Source: Acidimicrobiia bacterium (lineage in GTDB: Bacteria > Actinomycetota > Acidimicrobiia > Spongiisociales > ZC4RG35). From it: DNA of 64,000 nucleotides. Positions 59,883 through 64,000 of the stretch are shown piece by piece. The stretch is from NCBI GenBank assembly GCA_965203555.1, contig CBDBCY010000004.1:1664001-1728000 (forward strand), written 5' to 3'. The position numbers and the translations under genes are program-made. The notes under the pieces were generated by a model. That model was not told the DNA's origin. It made no database searches and was given only the letters and a program-made list of their open reading frames with translations. Within the stretch, counting starts at the first letter, position 1. Every line of letters starts with the position of its first letter.

Positions 59883-61247
59883 ATGACATACCCAAACGAA
59901 TTGACCCTGGTGGAAGCGGCGTCTCAAATCAAAAAGGGAAAACTGTCCGCCCGCGAACTTCTGGAAGCGTGTCTCAGCCGGTTGGAAGAGACCGAACCGA
60001 CCGTTGGGGCCTTCGCCCTGGTTGCGGCCGACACCGCCCGAGCCGAGGCCCTGCGGTTGGACTCCCAGCCGGCGACCGGGCCGCTTCATGGCTTGCCCAT
60101 CGCGTTGAAGGACCTGATCTTCACCTCGGACATGAACACCGAGGCCAATTGTGAGGCTCTCGCCGGTTTTCGGCCCGACGCCGACGCCACCGTGGTAACC
60201 AGGCTCAAAGCGGCCGGGGCAATCATCGTGGGAAAGACCAATACGCACGAGCTCGCATACGGCGTTTCGTGTCCCGCTTCGCGAAACCCATGGGACGTCA
60301 ACAGAATGACCGGTGGGTCATCCGGTGGCAGCGCGGCCGCATTGGCTGCCCGGATGGCGCCGGGCGCCATCGGAACCGACACGGGTGGATCGGTACGGAT
60401 TCCCTCCGGTTGCTGTGGCGTCACCGCCATCAAGACCACCGCCGGTCTGGTGCCGCGGGACGGTGTTCATCTCATTTCCACCACCTACGACACCGTGGGT
60501 CCCATGGCCCGTACCGCCGCCGACTGCGCCCTGCTGCTGGAGGTGATAGCCGGTCCGTCGTCACATGACCCGTATTCGAGACCCATTCACCTCAATCACC
60601 ATATCGATGTTTCCGCCACTCGACTCGGCGTGCCCACCGACGCCTACTTCCACGGCATCGAGACCGACCCGGAGGTGATGGGGATCATGGAAGCCGCCAT
60701 CGATTTGCTAACCGGGCTGCTCGGTGGTGTCAAGTCGGTCGAGGCGCCGAACACCGCCGAACATTTCGAGGCGGGCGCCGCGATCGTCTTTGCCGAATCA
60801 GCCTATCTGCTCGGAAAGATCAGAGAGTCAAGTCCCGAAAAGATCGGCGCAGAACCACGCCAGATCATGGACATGGGCGCGGCTATCCGCGCTCCCGAAC
60901 TGGCGGCGGCCTATGACGCACGGGCACGCTTCCAAAACAAATACAGAAAGATCTTTTCCGAGCAGCAGGTGGACGTGATCATCGCTCCGGTCATTCCCAC
61001 GCAGACCCTGCCGCACGGCGTGGAAACTCTGAACGATCTGCCTCTCATTCCCGCCCTGACTCAATTCTGCTTCCCGGTCAATGGGGCCGGATTGCCCTCT
61101 ATCGCGCTTCCCGGAGGTTTCGCTCCGGACCGACTCCCCATCGGGTTCCAACTGATCGGCAGACCCGGCGCCGATCTTGACCTCGCCCGAATCGGGGAAC
61201 GTTATCAAGAGGCGACCGAATGGCATCGCCGCGCTCCGATCTTATGA
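59883..61247 (+). CDS. Amidase signature family enzyme
   Basis: 'GGSSGGSAAA', 'GTDTGGSVRIP'. Confidence 0.92.
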   Translation: MTYPNELTLVEAASQIKKGKLSARELLEACLSRLEETEPTVGAFALVAADTARAEALRLDSQPATGPLHGLPIALKDLIFTSDMNTEANCEALAGFRPDADATVVTRLKAAGAIIVGKTNTHELAYGVSCPASRNPWDVNRMTGGSSGGSAAALAARMAPGAIGTDTGGSVRIPSGCCGVTAIKTTAGLVPRDGVHLISTTYDTVGPMARTAADCALLLEVIAGPSSHDPYSRPIHLNHHIDVSATRLGVPTDAYFHGIETDPEVMGIMEAAIDLLTGLLGGVKSVEAPNTAEHFEAGAAIVFAESAYLLGKIRESSPEKIGAEPRQIMDMGAAIRAPELAAAYDARARFQNKYRKIFSEQQVDVIIAPVIPTQTLPHGVETLNDLPLIPALTQFCFPVNGAGLPSIALPGGFAPDRLPIGFQLIGRPGADLDLARIGERYQEATEWHRRAPIL

Positions 61248-62077
61248 GGTCCGTCATGTCAACGGACCCGAAGCTGTGGACTGATCTGATCGACTACGCC
61301 GGCGTGTTCCCTCCGGCGCGGCTGGGGGTGGCCGAGGCGCTGGCCCGGTATGACAAAGCGGCTTCGGGAGAGGACTGCTGGATGCTCGGCGCCTGTCTCC
61401 TCAAGGCAAGCCAACTATACGGCCTCATGCCCGGTCAGGCGCCAAGCCGCCTGGGAGTGGTCCTCGACCTCCCGACGGTCGAAATCGCCGATCACTGGAA
61501 AATGAACCAGATAGAAATGGTCCTTGCCGCCGGACCGGTCGAGGAGCAGGTGAGGCCGGTGGCGGAAAGGTCTTCGGTTGTTTATGTCGAGAGTCGGCAT
61601 CCGACCGACCTGACCCATCTCGGGGAACTAGCCGCCCTGCGAAAGGCCGGCATCGACGCCAGAGCCAAACTTCGGACCGGCGGGGTCTCCGCCAATTCGT
61701 TTCCATCGGTCGAGCAGGTAGCGAGGTTCATCGAAGCCACCCTCGAACTCGGAGTGCCTTTCAAGGCCACCGCCGGCCTGCATCATCCGATCCGCCGTAC
61801 ATCGGACACGCCGGGCATCACCGAACACGGCTTCATCAACCTGCTGGCCGCGGTGCGAGCTGCCCTGGCCGACACCCCCTCCGATGTCCGGAATGCGCTC
61901 TCCTCGACCGACGCGAAACAATTCGATCTGACCAACGCCACCTGGCGGAAAGTGGGGAGGGCCGTGCCTCCCGCATCCATCCGGACAGTCTTTCGGTCTT
62001 TCGGATCATGCAGCTTCGAAGAACCCTCCCACTACCTCCGCAAACTGGGAGTAGCTCCCCACAGGGCCGATCGGTGA
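61244..62077 (+). CDS. Conserved hypothetical protein often found next to fahA
   Basis: 'LIDYAGVFPP', 'AKLRTGG', 'PFKATAGLHHP', 'SFGSCSFEEP'; ATGA and GTGA overlaps. Confidence 0.75.
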   Translation: MRSVMSTDPKLWTDLIDYAGVFPPARLGVAEALARYDKAASGEDCWMLGACLLKASQLYGLMPGQAPSRLGVVLDLPTVEIADHWKMNQIEMVLAAGPVEEQVRPVAERSSVVYVESRHPTDLTHLGELAALRKAGIDARAKLRTGGVSANSFPSVEQVARFIEATLELGVPFKATAGLHHPIRRTSDTPGITEHGFINLLAAVRAALADTPSDVRNALSSTDAKQFDLTNATWRKVGRAVPPASIRTVFRSFGSCSFEEPSHYLRKLGVAPHRADR

Positions 62078-63261
62078 CCACCTGTTTTCCCCCCGCGGCG
62101 CTCCCCTACGGGGTATTCGATTGCGGAGACCATCGCCGGCTGGGAGTGGGCCTGGGCAACGAGATCATAGACCTGGAGGCGGAGGCGCGCTCCCGCCGTA
62201 TCACTTCCGTCGATCCCGATCTGTTGACAACCGGTCGGCTGAACGAACTGCTGGCCGCCGGACTCCCTTCCTGGAAGGCCCTCCGGGAAGAGCTCGCCGT
62301 CTTGGTGGCGGAAGGCGATTTCGCAGAACAGCCCATCCCCCAATCCCAGGCGAACATGCACCTTGCCTGGGACATCGGCGACTACGTGGACTTCTACTCG
62401 TCACTCTGTCACGCTGAAAACGTGGGGAGGATGTTCCGTCCCGGCCAGGCGCCTCTTTTCCCCAATTGGCGCCACCTGCCGGTTGCGTACCACGGCCGAA
62501 GCGGCACGGTAGTGGTGGACGGCACGCCTATTCGCCGTCCTGTCGGCCAGTACAAGACCAAAGACGGGAAGGTGGTGTTCGGCCCCAGCATCCGGCTGGA
62601 CATCGAGTTGGAGATTGGTTTCGTCCTCGGGGGAGAATCCACTTCGGGGGAACCGATACCCATCACCGAGGCGGCCGACCATTTATTCGGAGTAGTACTG
62701 GTCAACGATTGGAGCGCCCGCGATCTGCAAGCCTGGGAATACCTACCCCTGGGACCCTTTCTGGGCAAGTCGTTCGCCACCTCGGCGTCGGCCTGGGTTA
62801 TACCCATCGATGCCCTGCAAGCCGTCAGGGTTTGGGGGCCCGAGCAAACCGATCCGACACCCCTTCCCTATTTGCAGAGCGCCGAACCCTGGGGCCTCTC
62901 GCTGGATCTGCAGATCTGGATGCGCCCTTCAGGCGCCGGGGCGGCGGCCAGGATTGCCGAGGTCAACACGGCTGAGGCCCTCTACTGGAACGCCGCTCAG
63001 CAACTCGCCCATATGACAGTCAACGGCGCCACCGTCCGCCCAGGTGACCTGTTCGCTTCCGGCACCGTGTCCGGACCGGAAAAGAGCCAACGAGGGAGCT
63101 TGCTGGAACTCGGCTGGGCTGGGGCCGAACCTATCAGAGTGGCCGGAGTGGAGCGCTCGTTTCTGCAAGACGGTGACGAAATCATCCTGACCGGATCGGC
63201 GCCGGATCCGCACGGCCCGATTCCACTTGGACCAGTGGCCGGAGTTGTTCATCCTCGCTAA
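62074..63261 (+). CDS. fahA: Fumarylacetoacetase
   Basis: 'DYVDFYSS', 'HLPVAYHGRS', 'NDWSARDLQAWEYLPLGPFLGKSF', 'SGTVSG'. Confidence 0.92.
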   Translation: MTTCFPPAALPYGVFDCGDHRRLGVGLGNEIIDLEAEARSRRITSVDPDLLTTGRLNELLAAGLPSWKALREELAVLVAEGDFAEQPIPQSQANMHLAWDIGDYVDFYSSLCHAENVGRMFRPGQAPLFPNWRHLPVAYHGRSGTVVVDGTPIRRPVGQYKTKDGKVVFGPSIRLDIELEIGFVLGGESTSGEPIPITEAADHLFGVVLVNDWSARDLQAWEYLPLGPFLGKSFATSASAWVIPIDALQAVRVWGPEQTDPTPLPYLQSAEPWGLSLDLQIWMRPSGAGAAARIAEVNTAEALYWNAAQQLAHMTVNGATVRPGDLFASGTVSGPEKSQRGSLLELGWAGAEPIRVAGVERSFLQDGDEIILTGSAPDPHGPIPLGPVAGVVHPR

Positions 63262-63277
63262 AGAGAAAGGAAATACC

Positions 63278-64000
63278 ATGTCCAAACCATTTGCCTCTTC
63301 CGAGGACCTGACTCCGATTGAGGACATCCTCGAAATCCTCGCCGACGGTGTGTACGCCCTCACCGCCGGCGGCGATCCCACCGTGGGCGCCATAGAAGGT
63401 GAAGATTTCTTGATCTGCTTCGAAGCCCGCGCCACCCCCTACATGGCCGGCCTCTGGCTGGACAGGCTGCGGGAACATACCGACAAACCGATCCGCTACC
63501 TGGTGCTGTCCCACTATCACGCGGTGCGGACGCTGGGCGCCGCCGCTTTTGACGCCGAGATGATCGTTTCCTCGACGGAGACCCGTCGTCTCATCGCCGA
63601 GCGAGGACGCCAGGACTGGGAATCGGAAGCCGCCCGCATGCCGCGCCTCTTCCAAGGCGCAGAAACCATACCGGGGTTGACCTGGCCCACTGTCACCTTC
63701 ACCGACTCGGTCACCATTCACCTGGGCGGAGAACGGGGCACGGTGGATCTTCGCTTTCTGGGCCGGGGTCACACCTCCGGCGACATCGTGGCGTGGATGC
63801 CACGGCAGCGGATTCTGTTCGCAGGCGACCTGGTCGAGTCGGAAGCCGCTCTTTACACCGGCGACGCATACCACCTCGAATGGATGTCCACCACCTTGGA
63901 CCGGGTAAAAGCCCTGGACGCCTCCACTTTGGTGGGCGGACGCGGAAGGGTGGTCAGGGAAGAGGAAGTCGGCGCCGCCATCGACCAGACCCGGGGATTT
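63278..64000 (+). CDS. MBL-fold metallo-hydrolase (3' truncated by window)
   Basis: Read from sequence: MSKPFASSEDL...VLSHYHAVRTLGA...GRGHTSGD...AGDLVE. Confidence 0.82.
   Translation, partial: MSKPFASSEDLTPIEDILEILADGVYALTAGGDPTVGAIEGEDFLICFEARATPYMAGLWLDRLREHTDKPIRYLVLSHYHAVRTLGAAAFDAEMIVSSTETRRLIAERGRQDWESEAARMPRLFQGAETIPGLTWPTVTFTDSVTIHLGGERGTVDLRFLGRGHTSGDIVAWMPRQRILFAGDLVESEAALYTGDAYHLEWMSTTLDRVKALDASTLVGGRGRVVREEEVGAAIDQTRGF

Overview
High-GC bacterial window, probably an actinobacterium (Acidimicrobiia-like gene content; this is inference). It has three parts. (1) 1-9.6 kb: housekeeping and accessory genes (acyl-CoA dehydrogenase 3' end, VOC protein, fabF, trmL, AAA ATPase, DUF222-HNH, beta-class DNA methyltransferase fusion, PQQ-type sugar dehydrogenase). 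(2) About 9.6-35.6 kb: a defence island with no visible integrase, flanked by toxin-antitoxin-like pairs and two stacked IS elements. It carries a DISARM-class-I-like operon (DEAD/DUF1998 helicase, SNF2 helicase, Eco57I-like N6-adenine methyltransferase, DUF3644), an Hhe-like DUF4011 helicase-nuclease and a PLD-nuclease/P-loop fusion. (3) 35.6-64 kb: metabolism, with a purine/pyrimidine catabolic cluster (Se-dependent xanthine dehydrogenase-like, ssnA-like, truncated ygfK-like, carbamoylase, nucleoside ABC transporter with a duplicated binding domain), mscS, ferritin, paaK and an amide ABC/amidase/fumarylacetoacetase operon. The most striking signal is in the methyltransferase. A compound tetranucleotide microsatellite, (GTCT)12(GACT)7, sits directly upstream of three tandem, divergent copies of a ~34-aa module from the probable target-recognition region, distributed over different reading frames. 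Repeat number would therefore select among three protein outcomes, making this a candidate three-state phase-variable specificity switch. All family assignments come from motif recognition by eye, not database searches.
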